From contig CAWJCS010000006.1 of NCBI GenBank assembly GCA_963841435.1, forward strand, positions 1 through 64,000: 64,000 bases of DNA. The letters are read 5' to 3'. A program made the position numbers and the translations under genes. This DNA is from an uncultured delta proteobacterium. GTDB lineage: Bacteria; Myxococcota_A; Polyangia; Polyangiales; Polyangiaceae. Of this stretch, positions 1-9,694 are shown one piece after another. Within the stretch, counting starts at the first letter, position 1, and each line of letters opens with the position of its first letter. A model generated the notes under the pieces. The model saw nothing but the letters and a program-made list of their open reading frames with translations, was not told the origin of the DNA and ran no database searches.

Positions 1-3000
1 ACACGGGCTCGTACTCGGTCGCAACGGTCCTGACTCGCTTGCCCTGGACGAACTCCTTGACGCTTCGTTCGTCGAAACCGAGCCAGCCGTGGCCGGTCGC
101 GCTCATCCGAGCGTTCCTGTAGTGGTACTCGAAGCGGCGATCACCACGAGGGCGGCCGAATTCGTCAACCAACTTCTCGACGTGAGCGCTGACGAGGCCG
201 GACATGCGCTTGATGCAGGACTCCGGCCAGGTGGGGCCGACGCAGTCGGCCTCGTACGTCGGCGTTCCGTCCGACGCCGCAGAATCGTACTCGACTTCGA
301 CTACGTTCCCGAGGCCGTCTGTGACGCTCTCGAGAAAGGTATTGTGCCGGCCCGAGCCATAGTAGATCCCGTGGGGTCCGAATAGGTCAGTGTTGCCGTC
401 GCCGTCGAGGTCTCCAGAGCTAGCGAAATCGCCCTCGAGAAATGTATCTCCTCCCCCGGGCGCGGGCAGAGGTACCCTTGCATCCGTCTTGAAAAGCGTC
501 GAAACGCTCCAGTCGGGAACCAGATCCCAATTGACCAATTGCCCGAGCTGGGCATTCCCCCAGTTCTCGAGGATGTCCGCGCGCCCGTCCCCGTCGTAGT
601 CGAGCATGGCACGACGCCGGTGGTACCACCCCGCACCAACGTCGGGCTGGGGCCGGTCCAGATTTCTCGGGATGAACGATCCGTTTCCGGTGTTGAGCCA
701 GATCATTGCCTGCGCGTCGTCGGCGCTCCACACGTCTGCTAGCCCATCGCCATTGAAATCACCGAGCGTCAGTCCGCCCCCGTTGGTCGAGCCACCCTGT
801 TCCGAGCCATTCCAGTCCTCGAATTCGACTGGCTGCCACTCGAGGGTCTCTGTGCCTGAAGCTCTCGAGTAGCGAAGGACCTTCCAGCCGCCTTTGCCTC
901 GGGCCAACAAGTCCGGCACACCGTCGCCGTCGATGTCGAAAATATTGTGCGTGGGCCGCGTTCCACTGCCGCAGAAGGGGTCATCGGAGAACGGTGGAAT
1001 CGGAGGAGCCGGCAACTCCGGGACGGTTTGAAGAACGATCGGATCCGTATCGAACCCCAGGTCGGGAGCGAGGCGGCGTCGAACGTTGAGCGTCGAAGTA
1101 TTTTGGCACGATACGAGGTCTTGCAGCGAGTCACCATCGACATCGACGACCGCTTTCGGGAGCGAGCCCATGTTCGGGTCAGCGGTTATCAGCGCGAGTA
1201 GAGGGGGTCCGGGCTCGAAAAAGGTCCCCCGCGACTTGCCGGGACGCACAGACAGCCCGCAAATGCTCATCACGTCATCCAGACCATCGCGGTCAACGTC
1301 CAAAAAGAACGTTTGGGCCGCGGACCCGCATGGGAGGCCGTGTGTGGTGAAGCCCGTGGATGGGACGGGTCGCGTCGGCGTGCCCTGAATCATGAAGTTC
1401 GTCGTGTGGACGATGGGCTCGTCGGCAAGGAGACCCCAGAAGAAAGGCTTGACGATGGACCATGTCACCGTGATCGGAATCCCGACCTCTGGGGCGACGA
1501 TGTCGAAGGTAGTGAGCACCGCCAACGTCGCGTCAGTCCCGATTTGGGCGGCAATCAACCCGGGTTGGGCGGGCACCCCGTTGACGGTCGTGGTGGTGCC
1601 GAGATAGTCCGGAATGCCATCACCATTGGCGTCTAGCTGCCCCAACGAGAGTAGGTTCTGAGGCCCCTGGGCCGGCTCGAATCCAGACTCCTCGAAGTAG
1701 GTGAATTGCGTGGGAGGCTTGCATGCGCCGTTGCCCGCGCCTTCACACTCGCTGATTTCCTCGACCTGGCTGACTTGGTCGTCGGAATACTTCAACTTGT
1801 ACGTCTTGACTGGCGCGGTCCGAACGTACGTGGTGATGTGTTCCAGTCGCTGAGTGGTGGTGGTCAAGATGCCGCCCTGTAGGAACCGCATGGTTGGGTC
1901 CGCGCGGTCTTCGTAGCCGAACCGGACCTCCCGGTTCCCGGCGACGTCTCCGTATCCGGCGTACGAGATGCCGAGAGGCCTCACGGTAACCGGTAGGCTG
2001 GCCAAGGTCAACGGCACCTGCAGCGCTTGCGCGTTCTCGTAGGTGACGAGGATCGTGTTGCCTGCGCGATCCTCGACCCGGTTCAATAGCCAGGAGTACC
2101 GTACTCCCGCTCGGTTCATCACGAGGGAATCGCGCGTGCGTCCGTAGGTCAGAAGCCGCCCGTCCTTCGTCCACACCTTGAAGTAGTCGGGGCCCTGCCG
2201 GAACGGGAGAACGGGCTCGACGCCGGGGAGCGGCTCGGGTTGATAGCCTCCGTTGTCATCCTTGTAGGAGACGATTTTGGCGAAGCTATCGATAATCGTG
2301 CGGTATTCCGCGCCGTCCGTACCGTAGATGCTGCCGGGCACGGCGCCCAAGCGCTTTCCGTCGATGCAGAGGCGGTCGCTGAGGTCGTTCTTGATTGGTG
2401 CAGCGTAGCCATCGATGGCTTGGATGCGGGGACACCGCGTGATCTTCGAGAGCCCATCGAGGTGCCAGCCGACGCCAACGTCGCCTGAAGCCTTGGACGC
2501 TGAGTAGCGCAGGCTGAGGGCGGGCTGGAGCCCGGCTCGGCCCGGAGGAACGTCGATGGGCACCGTGTACTCCGCGGTCCCTTGCTCCGAAACGCTGAAG
2601 CCTCCTGCTAGAGCGCCCACTCCAGCCGCGGGCGGGCTCGGCAAGTCATCGACCGGCTCCTGCCCTCCGTTCCCGTCGGGGGCGGTCGGAGTCGAAGTCG
2701 GGCTCGGGTAGATGCACTGTCCTCCCGCATCGCAGAAGGTCCCGCCACTGCAGGAGCCGCAGCTCACCCCACACTTGGGATCCGGACCGCATTGGTGAGC
2801 ATCGCAGTCGGGCGTGCAGGTGGGGCACTCGTCGCCGCAGGGCGCGCCAGGCGTACCGCAGAGCGGAGGTCGCAGTACCGCCAACGTGCAACTGACGGGT
2901 CGGCAGACTCGCGGGGCGCCAAGCGCGCACGCCATGCCGAGTGGGCACTCAACGTCATTTTTGCAGGGATGGTTGGGGTCGCCAGGCTGACAGACCCCTC

Positions 3001-5461
3001 TGCACGTGCCGCCACAACCGTCGCTTGGGTCGTCGCAGGTCGCGTGTGAGCAGTCCGGGGTGCAAATGCAATGCTCGCCGCACAGCTTGGATGAATCGCC
3101 GCAGAGCGCAGGGTCGTTCGACGGGCAGCTGTCTGTTGGCAGACAAACGTCGCGCGATAGGGAGCCGAAGTGGTTGCCAAAGCCCCGGTTGCACGTCTCT
3201 CCGGCGGGGCAGGTCACGTTCGGATCGTCCGCATCGCAGGGGTTCACGCATCCACAGTTCTTGCCGCAGGGGCTGTCGTCCTCTCCGCATTCGTCGGGCG
3301 CGACGCCATCTGTGCACACCGTCGGCCAGCAGACCTTCTCCGCGCGCCCCTTGCCGAAGCACGCGCCATTGTTGGTGCCGCATTCGAGGCCATCCGAGCA
3401 GTCGGATTCGGAGGTGCAACCGCCGCCCGGGTCGCATCCCGCGCAGCTGCCGCCGCAGTCAACGTCAGTCTCGTCGGCGTCCTTGGCGCCGTTCGAGCAG
3501 TGGGGCGGCAAGCATTCGGGCGCATTTGGGTTGGCGATGCAGTGGTCAACGCACCCCCCGTTCACGCAGTCGAACCCCGGCGTGCACTGGGTGGTCGTCG
3601 TGCAGGCGCAGGCGTCGCCCCCGCAGATGCCGTTGCAGCAGTGAGCGCCGCCGGCGCAGTCGCCGTCGTTGGTGCATTCGCGGCCGGGGGTGCAGGGGCA
3701 CAACCCGCTGCACGCGGAGCTTGCCGTGCAAAAGTTCGTTGGCGTGAGCGGCCGGTGGGTGAACGTCGTGTTTGGGCCTTGGACGATGCCCTTTGCGAAG
3801 ACTGCGCCGGTGTGGCCGGTGCTGGTGGAGGCGAGGGTGACGACGGAGTGGGGGGCGACGAGGATGCCGTGGAAGGCGCTGTCGATGGGGGTCGGCGCGG
3901 GGCCGGCGACGCCAATGAGGATGTTGTCCTTCGTGGGGTCCCGGGGGCTCAGGGTGCCGCGGAAGGTGAGGTCGCCGCGGATGTAGATTTCGACGCTGCC
4001 GAAGCGGTTGTCGATGTCGAGGGTGGCGCCTGGCTCGAGACCGAGAGAGCCATCCAGGGTGTAGAGGCCGGGCATCGAGAAGGTGAGCGTTGCGCCCGAT
4101 TTGATGCTGCCGCCGGCAAAGGCGCCCTCGGTGATCGTGCGCGTTTGGCTGGGCTCGAGGTCGAGCGAGCCGCCGTTCAGCACGGGAAATTGGACCGTCC
4201 AGCCGAGGTGCTGGATGGGGTCGAGCTCGGTGTGCTCGACGAGCTGGCCGAGGATGGTGGCGCCCGCCTGGAAGGCGACCGTGCCTTCCGTGAGGACGTT
4301 GCCGTGGACGAGCGCGTTGTTGCGCAGCGAGACGTCAGGCTGGGACCAGAGGTTTTGGACTTCAGTCGAGACGCCGAGGTCGGCGGCGGTGCTCGTTTTG
4401 ACGCTGGAGACCGACGAGAAGGCGCTCGGCAGCGCGCGGACTTTGACGTTGTCGCCGAGTGCGAGCGCGGAGCCGTAGGCGCCGAGCGCTACCGCTTCGC
4501 GCGGGACGCCGACGGGGAGCTCGATGAAGTACTCGACGTTAGCCGCGCCCGAGCCGCCTCCGCTGCCGCTCGTGCCGCCCGTGCCGGCGCCAGCGCTGCC
4601 GGACGTGCCTCCGGTTCCCGTGGTGCCGCCGGCTGCCGAGGCTCCGCCCGTGCCCGTGGTGCCGCCGGTTGCTGACGAGCCACCGGTGCTGCCGCCCGAG
4701 CCCCCCGTCGAGCCGCCGGTGCCTCCGCTGCCGCCGGACCCGCCGGACCCGCCGGTGCCGCCAGAATCCTCCCGTGGTGCCGCCCGTGCCGACCGAACCA
4801 CCCGTGGAACCGCCGGTTCCTCCTTTGCCCCCGCCGCTGCCGCCTGTGCCCCCGCGCCGCCTTCGGGCGCCTGGCCGAAGCTCAGCTTGTCGACGAGCAC
4901 CGCTTTGGTTCCGCTGTTCGAAAGGTTCAGTTGCACCAGAACGGTGCAGCTTTTGGTGGAGAGTGCGGACGCGACGTTCGAAGGGAGCGCGGGCAGCGCG
5001 TATGTCTTGAAGCTGCCTGTCGGGCCGGTGAGCGCCGCGGGGCCGACGTAATAGTTGAAGATGTTCGCTGAGCTACAGGTGACGAAGGCCGCGACCTGGC
5101 CGTAGTAGCTCCCCTGGTTCGCGTAGCCGGTCGGCAGCAGCACGTCAACCTTCGGGGGGCCGGAGAGCGTGCCGAGCGGTGCGAGGGTGGCGGAGAGGGC
5201 CGCCGGGTTCCAGTCGCCCGCGAGCGCGATCGATTTCGTGAGGTCGCTGTGCTGGCTGTTGGACGCAGCCGTGCCCGTGACGGCGCGCCAGTCGAGGTTC
5301 GAGCCGCTGTTGCCGATCGGCCCCTCGAACGAGAGGATGCGGCCATTGGTCGAGAGCGCTTCGGCCTCCTGACCGAGGGGCTCGAAGACTCGGTCGCCAC
5401 TGCAGGCGGCAATCAGCGTTACGAGGGTCGGCGCGATGAGGCGGGCGGCTCGGCGAGACAT
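1..5461 (-). CDS. Giant lipoprotein Tc/Rhs-type toxin (N-terminal part; runs off the left edge): lipobox, Gly-rich linker, beta-rich domain, Cys-rich repeats, SpvB, FG-GAP repeats, TcdB-mid region
   Basis: ATG at 5461 with GGAG upstream; N-terminus MSRRAARLIAPTLVTLIAAC-SGD (lipobox). No stop in the segments I translated by hand, and no stop-terminated ORF in this frame in the track. SpvB motif GFSVSEQGTAEYTVPIDVPPGRAGLQPALSLRY...GVGW (~2460-2610). DxDGDG repeats (DVDRDGLDD, DIDGDGVPD, DFNGDGLAD, DYDGDGRAD, DLDGDGNTD). LESVTDGLGNVVEVEY and GHGWLGFDER near 60-330. Cys repeats such as CSNGAKDADETDVDCGGSC (~2720-3730). Confidence 0.85.
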   Translation of the reverse strand, partial: MSRRAARLIAPTLVTLIAACSGDRVFEPLGQEAEALSTNGRILSFEGPIGNSGSNLDWRAVTGTAASNSQHSDLTKSIALAGDWNPAALSATLAPLGTLSGPPKVDVLLPTGYANQGSYYGQVAAFVTCSSANIFNYYVGPAALTGPTGSFKTYALPALPSNVASALSTKSCTVLVQLNLSNSGTKAVLVDKLSFGQAPEGGAGAQAAAAGAKEEPAVPRVVRSARAAPREDSGGTGGSGGSGGSGGTGGSTGGSGGSTGGSSATGGTTGTGGASAAGGTTGTGGTSGSAGAGTGGTSGSGGGSGAANVEYFIELPVGVPREAVALGAYGSALALGDNVKVRALPSAFSSVSSVKTSTAADLGVSTEVQNLWSQPDVSLRNNALVHGNVLTEGTVAFQAGATILGQLVEHTELDPIQHLGWTVQFPVLNGGSLDLEPSQTRTITEGAFAGGSIKSGATLTFSMPGLYTLDGSLGLEPGATLDIDNRFGSVEIYIRGDLTFRGTLSPRDPTKDNILIGVAGPAPTPIDSAFHGILVAPHSVVTLASTSTGHTGAVFAKGIVQGPNTTFTHRPLTPTNFCTASSACSGLCPCTPGRECTNDGDCAGGAHCCNGICGGDACACTTTTQCTPGFDCVNGGCVDHCIANPNAPECLPPHCSNGAKDADETDVDCGGSCAGCDPGGGCTSESDCSDGLECGTNNGACFGKGRAEKVCWPTVCTDGVAPDECGEDDSPCGKNCGCVNPCDADDPNVTCPAGETCNRGFGNHFGSLSRDVCLPTDSCPSNDPALCGDSSKLCGEHCICTPDCSHATCDDPSDGCGGTCRGVCQPGDPNHPCKNDVECPLGMACALGAPRVCRPVSCTLAVLRPPLCGTPGAPCGDECPTCTPDCDAHQCGPDPKCGVSCGSCSGGTFCDAGGQCIYPSPTSTPTAPDGNGGQEPVDDLPSPPAAGVGALAGGFSVSEQGTAEYTVPIDVPPGRAGLQPALSLRYSASKASGDVGVGWHLDGLSKITRCPRIQAIDGYAAPIKNDLSDRLCIDGKRLGAVPGSIYGTDGAEYRTIIDSFAKIVSYKDDNGGYQPEPLPGVEPVLPFRQGPDYFKVWTKDGRLLTYGRTRDSLVMNRAGVRYSWLLNRVEDRAGNTILVTYENAQALQVPLTLASLPVTVRPLGISYAGYGDVAGNREVRFGYEDRADPTMRFLQGGILTTTTQRLEHITTYVRTAPVKTYKLKYSDDQVSQVEEISECEGAGNGACKPPTQFTYFEESGFEPAQGPQNLLSLGQLDANGDGIPDYLGTTTTVNGVPAQPGLIAAQIGTDATLAVLTTFDIVAPEVGIPITVTWSIVKPFFWGLLADEPIVHTTNFMIQGTPTRPVPSTGFTTHGLPCGSAAQTFFLDVDRDGLDDVMSICGLSVRPGKSRGTFFEPGPPLLALITADPNMGSLPKAVVDVDGDSLQDLVSCQNTSTLNVRRRLAPDLGFDTDPIVLQTVPELPAPPIPPFSDDPFCGSGTRPTHNIFDIDGDGVPDLLARGKGGWKVLRYSRASGTETLEWQPVEFEDWNGSEQGGSTNGGGLTLGDFNGDGLADVWSADDAQAMIWLNTGNGSFIPRNLDRPQPDVGAGWYHRRRAMLDYDGDGRADILENWGNAQLGQLVNWDLVPDWSVSTLFKTDARVPLPAPGGGDTFLEGDFASSGDLDGDGNTDLFGPHGIYYGSGRHNTFLESVTDGLGNVVEVEYDSAASDGTPTYEADCVGPTWPESCIKRMSGLVSAHVEKLVDEFGRPRGDRRFEYHYRNARMSATGHGWLGFDERSVKEFVQGKRVRTVATEYEPV

Positions 5462-5907
5462 GACGCTGCTCCCTTCGGGCAGCCTCGCGCCTGAGTTGCG
5501 TGCCTGGACGCCGTTCGACCCCCCGATGGGCCGCCCCGCCGCCCCTGTTGACCGCTACCCCTCGCTCGGCTGCTCCATCTCGATCCGTCGCCCATAACAC
5601 GCCTATCATTTCTGAGGGAAGGGGTCAGTTAGAGCGCCCGGAGCGATTTGTCGGATTCGACCCTACCTAATCGTCCGTCGAGTGGGCCACTGTGTCCATC
5701 GAGTGTCGTTTGAGGGCAAACGAAAAACGACCATGGACTCGGGTTTCGCCGCTGGGGTGCACCACGGCACGTGCACGAAACAGCGTGGGTTTCCTCGCTC
5801 CAGGCGACGGATTTTCCGAGCCGAGATGCGCGCCGCCCCTCGTGGTGCCAGGGTGTGGAACGTGACGACAACGGTGACGAAAGCGAGGACGAAAGCGAGG
5901 TGAGGCG

Positions 5908-6387
5908 ATGACGGATTCGAGCGCGGACGTGGAGCGGCGGCGGTCGGCGGAGGATTTTTACCAGGCGATGCGCAAGCGCATCCGGGCTTGGCTCGAGAAG
6001 AAGGGGAAGGCGTTTCGCTATGCGGACGTGCTGCTCGCGGGGCCGGATCTTTTGCACCTGCTCTCGAAGCTTGCGCTCGATAAGCGCGTGCCGGCGGTCG
6101 AGAAGGCGAAGATTGCGAGCGCCATCGCGTATTTCGTGTCGCCCATCGATCTCGTGCCGGAAGGGGTGCTCGGGCCGGCGGGGCTCGTCGACGACATTGC
6201 GCTGGCGGCCTTCGTTTTGAACGGTTTCGTGAATGCCGGGTACGGGGAGATCGCGAAGGAGCACTGGGCTGGGCAGGAGGACCTGCTCGTGGTGATCCAG
6301 CGTGTGCTCGGCGTCGCGGACGCGGCGCTCGGAGCGGGCGTGTTCCGGCGGCTGAAGGCGCTCGTCGAGCAGCGGCCAGCGAGCTGA
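5908..6387 (+). CDS. DUF1232/YkvA-family membrane protein
   Basis: AIAYFVSPIDLVPEGVLGPAGLVDD motif; GAGG RBS upstream. Confidence 0.85.
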   Translation: MTDSSADVERRRSAEDFYQAMRKRIRAWLEKKGKAFRYADVLLAGPDLLHLLSKLALDKRVPAVEKAKIASAIAYFVSPIDLVPEGVLGPAGLVDDIALAAFVLNGFVNAGYGEIAKEHWAGQEDLLVVIQRVLGVADAALGAGVFRRLKALVEQRPAS

Positions 6388-6422
6388 GGTGGCCGTCGCC
6401 CTCGGGCCGCCGCGCCGTCAAC

Positions 6423-6705
6423 CTACAGCGTCGGTCCGTGCAACTGAGGGGCGCCCCAGACGGCATGAACGGTGATGAGTCCGGGCGCTTCGGAATAGTA
6501 GACGTGGTGCCCGGTCCTCGGCAGCAGAACCCGGCGGATCTCCTGCTCGTCGAGCAAAGCGTAGAACGCCCCGAGCGTTCGTGATGTCTTCTTCAGCCAT
6601 CATATCGTCGGCGATCCTCAAGGGCACTTCCGTGCCTTCTGGCAAGTCGGTGGGCTCGTCGAGAACGAGTCGTCCGTTGTGGACATGAGCCTTGAGCGCC
6701 TGCAT
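6423..6705 (-). pseudogene. Collapsed type II toxin-antitoxin remnant: antitoxin N-terminus joined out of frame to a RelE/ParE-like toxin C-terminus
   Basis: MQALKAHVHNGRLVLDEPTDLPEGTEVPL resembles AbrB-like/DUF104 antitoxins. A second frame reads EIRRVLLPRTGHHVYYSEAPGLITVHAVWGAPQLHGPTL* (stop 6423-6425), the RelE/ParE C-terminal half, with no start of its own. Confidence 0.6.
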
Positions 6706-6777
6706 CGAAGGCAAATCCAACCTCTCTCGCGGGTTCGGGCCATGGCCGTTCGGCGTGCGGGGAGTTGCTCCGGGGTT

Positions 6778-7875
6778 TCAGCTTGCGCGGGGGCGGGAGA
6801 GGCTCGGGGGCATGGCTTCTTCGACGAGGTCGGGAGGGGCGGCGGGGACCGTGACGCGCTTGGGCTTCGGGCCGAGCGAGAGGCCGACGGCGTGAAGGTC
6901 GGGCGTGGCGAGCAGCAGGAGCTTGAGCGTCTGGGTCAGGACGGCCGAGAGCACGGCCCCCACGACGCCGAGAAGAAAGCCCCAAAACACGACCGAAAGC
7001 AGCACGATGAGCGGCCACAGGCCGAGCGCGCGCCCCATGACGCGCGGCTCGACGACGTTGCCGATGATGATGTTGATGACGACGTAGCCGGCGGCGACGA
7101 GCGCGGCGTGCTCGGGGCCGTGCTGGAGCAGGTCGAGCGCCACGATGGCAAAGCCCGCGAAGGTGCTGCCGATGGTGGGCACGTAGTTCAAGAGCAGCGT
7201 GACGAGCGCGAAGAGCACGGGCAGGTCCGCGTCGACGAACCACAGCCAGCCGCCGACGAACGCGCCGGTGATGATGCTCGTGAGCGTCTTGACGGCCATG
7301 TAGCGGTACATGGCGCGGACGGCGCGGCGCACGGATTCGGTGCGCAGGGAAAGGAGCCGGCCGTCACTGCCCGTGCGCGCCGAGAAGCGCAGCAGGAGAA
7401 ACGCCGCAATGATGAGCGCGAGCAGCAGATCCGTGAGCAGCCCCGCGATGTCCCCTGCGAGCGAGGCCAGGAACGTGACGACCGAGGACGGGTCAACCAC
7501 CTCGCGGAGCGGCATGGTGATGCCGTATTCGCGGAGCAGCTCGGCGGCGCGCTCCTGCACGGACTCGAGATGCATGAGGTACGACGGCAGCTGAACGGAC
7601 AGCCCCGCGAGCGAGCCCACGAACAGCCAGAACAGACCCCCGAGTGTGAGCGCATCGGCGCCGAGGGCGCCGAGGACCGCGACGCCGAGCGGGACGCGCC
7701 GGCGCCGCAGCCAGAGCACGAGCGGCACGTCAACCGTGGCGATGAACCCGCCGAGCACGAGCGGGATCAGCACGGGCGCCGCGAGCTTGATGCCCGTGCA
7801 CACGACCACGAACGCAGCGAGCATCAAGACGACGAAGCTGCCGCGGTGGGTCTTGCTGAAGGGAGGCTCGCTCAC
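6778..7875 (-). CDS. AI-2E family transporter
   Basis: Multi-TM protein with LLNYVPTIGS and GNVVEPRVMGRALGL...LLSVVFWGFLLGVVGAVL motifs. Confidence 0.9.
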   Translation of the reverse strand: MSEPPFSKTHRGSFVVLMLAAFVVVCTGIKLAAPVLIPLVLGGFIATVDVPLVLWLRRRRVPLGVAVLGALGADALTLGGLFWLFVGSLAGLSVQLPSYLMHLESVQERAAELLREYGITMPLREVVDPSSVVTFLASLAGDIAGLLTDLLLALIIAAFLLLRFSARTGSDGRLLSLRTESVRRAVRAMYRYMAVKTLTSIITGAFVGGWLWFVDADLPVLFALVTLLLNYVPTIGSTFAGFAIVALDLLQHGPEHAALVAAGYVVINIIIGNVVEPRVMGRALGLWPLIVLLSVVFWGFLLGVVGAVLSAVLTQTLKLLLLATPDLHAVGLSLGPKPKRVTVPAAPPDLVEEAMPPSLSRPRAS

Positions 7876-7911
7876 GGGTCCCCGAAGGATGACACCGACA
7901 GAGCGGACTAA

Positions 7912-9471
7912 CTACGGATGAATCACGACGACCGTGCTGGCTTCGCCGGCGTCGCGGCGGACGGCGTGCCAGCCGGCCGGGAGCTTCGGCTCGCTGAATT
8001 CGAACGCCCAGCGCGCGTCGATGGGGGAGAGGTTGACGCAGCCGCCGCTCATGAGCTCGCCCCAGTCGTCGTGCCAGTACGCGGCGTGGAGCGAGTAAGG
8101 TCCCACGAAGTTTTGCACCCACGGGACGTCGGAGTGGACCTCGACGGGTGAGACCATCGTCGCCGTGACGATTTTGGTGTTGATGGTGAAGGTGCCGGTC
8201 GGCGTCGAGGCGGTTTCGAGCGTCGGGTGACCCGGGACCGGCTCGCCGCCGCGACCCGGGGACACGAGCGTCACGTAGACGGGCGTCTCGCCCTGCATGG
8301 CGATGAGCCAGCCGCCGCGGATGCTCACCTCGAACCAGCGCGCGCCGGGCGCCAGCACGCTCGGCGGCGGTGGCGGCGACGGCGCGGGCACGACGGCGTC
8401 GCTCTCCTTGACGAACAGGTCCGGTTGCCACGTTACGAGGTAGCGCTCGCCGCCGTGCTCGAGGGTTTCACCCGTGATGGGGACGTGGCTCAGGCGCGCG
8501 AAGCTGCGCCCCGTGGGCACGAAGTCGCCGTGGGGTGAGCGGTGGTACTTCGGGCGGCTCTTGCCGCGGAAGAACGCGATGGGCAGGTGCGCGTTCGGGC
8601 CGAGCTCGACGCCGTGGAAGCCGTCGAGCGGGTAGGGCTTCACGCGGTCCTTGGGGATCCAGCTGAAGTCGGCGCCGAGCAGGAAGCCGCGATCGCCGTG
8701 GCGCGCTTCACCGGTGTAGGCGACCGTCGAGCGCGGCGGGATGTTAACGTAGGGCTCGTGGACGGTGCGCGCGAGCGCCGGGAGCGTCGGCGGCCCGAGC
8801 ACGGGCAGACTCACGTCGATGCCCTCGAGCCGCGCAATGTGCTTGCCCTCGCGCGCGAGCGCGACCTCACCGAGCTGGCGCAAGAGGTCCGATTCGTTTC
8901 GCGCCTGGAGATCCTCGCTCGGAAGGTCGCGGTAACGCACGAGCCCGATCGACTCGCCGTAGCGAAAGGGCCAGGGCCCGTCGGTGCGCGCCGTGAACGG
9001 CTCGAGCAGCGTCACCTGCGGGTCGTCGCGGTCGAGCGTCGCGCGCGTCTCGTCGATGCAAACGAACCCCGTCGGAACGAGCTCGACGAACGGCCCGTCG
9101 CAGCCCGGTCCGAACTTCGGCGCCGTGCCCTTGAGCGGCGCCGAGCCTCCCGTCGCCAGGTACCCAATCCACTCGCCGTTGGCGTCAGGCTCCGGATAGA
9201 TCCAGACGAAACGCGTCTTCGCGTAAACGCGCGGGCGGTCGTCCTCCGTGCGCGCGTCGGCGCGAGGCTGAGCTCCGTTCCTCGCCCCGGCGGCCAGCGC
9301 CTCCGCAACCTCGTCTTCGGCGGCTTGCCCGGCGGCCTCTTCCTCGGCGTCCTGCTCGTCCACGGCGACCACGACGGGCGACTGCATGCGCCGCTCGTCC
9401 TCGCTCGGCCAATCCGCCGCACAAGCGCGCGCCGCACCGAGCGCGAACAGGCCGAGAGCCCAGGGTTTCAC
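7912..9471 (-). CDS. L,D-transpeptidase (YkuD) family protein
   Basis: Signal peptide; C-terminal TPTGTF...VPWVQ...LHAAYWH...SGGCVNLSP catalytic His/Cys motif. Confidence 0.85.
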   Translation of the reverse strand: MKPWALGLFALGAARACAADWPSEDERRMQSPVVVAVDEQDAEEEAAGQAAEDEVAEALAAGARNGAQPRADARTEDDRPRVYAKTRFVWIYPEPDANGEWIGYLATGGSAPLKGTAPKFGPGCDGPFVELVPTGFVCIDETRATLDRDDPQVTLLEPFTARTDGPWPFRYGESIGLVRYRDLPSEDLQARNESDLLRQLGEVALAREGKHIARLEGIDVSLPVLGPPTLPALARTVHEPYVNIPPRSTVAYTGEARHGDRGFLLGADFSWIPKDRVKPYPLDGFHGVELGPNAHLPIAFFRGKSRPKYHRSPHGDFVPTGRSFARLSHVPITGETLEHGGERYLVTWQPDLFVKESDAVVPAPSPPPPPSVLAPGARWFEVSIRGGWLIAMQGETPVYVTLVSPGRGGEPVPGHPTLETASTPTGTFTINTKIVTATMVSPVEVHSDVPWVQNFVGPYSLHAAYWHDDWGELMSGGCVNLSPIDARWAFEFSEPKLPAGWHAVRRDAGEASTVVVIHP

Positions 9472-9694
9472 ACCCTTACATTACCAACTCGCGGGCGCTT
9501 CGGCCCAGCAACTCGACCCGGACCGGTGCGTCATCGCGGCCCTCCGCGGAGCACGCGTTCCGGCGCCGGTGTCACCCCCTGAACATGAGTGCGGATGAAG
9601 GAGCGTGTCGCACAGCGTGGGAAGAGGTAGCCGTCGGCAAGCCCAAGCGCGTCGAGTCGCCGGGGACGGCTGCGCGGCGTGACGCGGGCTGGTA

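Noticed and set aside
3006-5051. Long plus-strand ORFs (e.g. 3170-4675, 4524-5051) and similar long antisense ORFs across the window (6679-7911, 25214-27253, 27615-29378, 56917-58560)
   Set aside because: They are shadows of real genes on the opposite strand, expected in high-GC DNA, and have no family motifs.
5682-5903. 73-aa ORF and short GACGAAAGCGAG duplication upstream of the DUF1232 gene
   Set aside because: No recognisable motif or RBS; a two-copy 12-mer is too weak to interpret.
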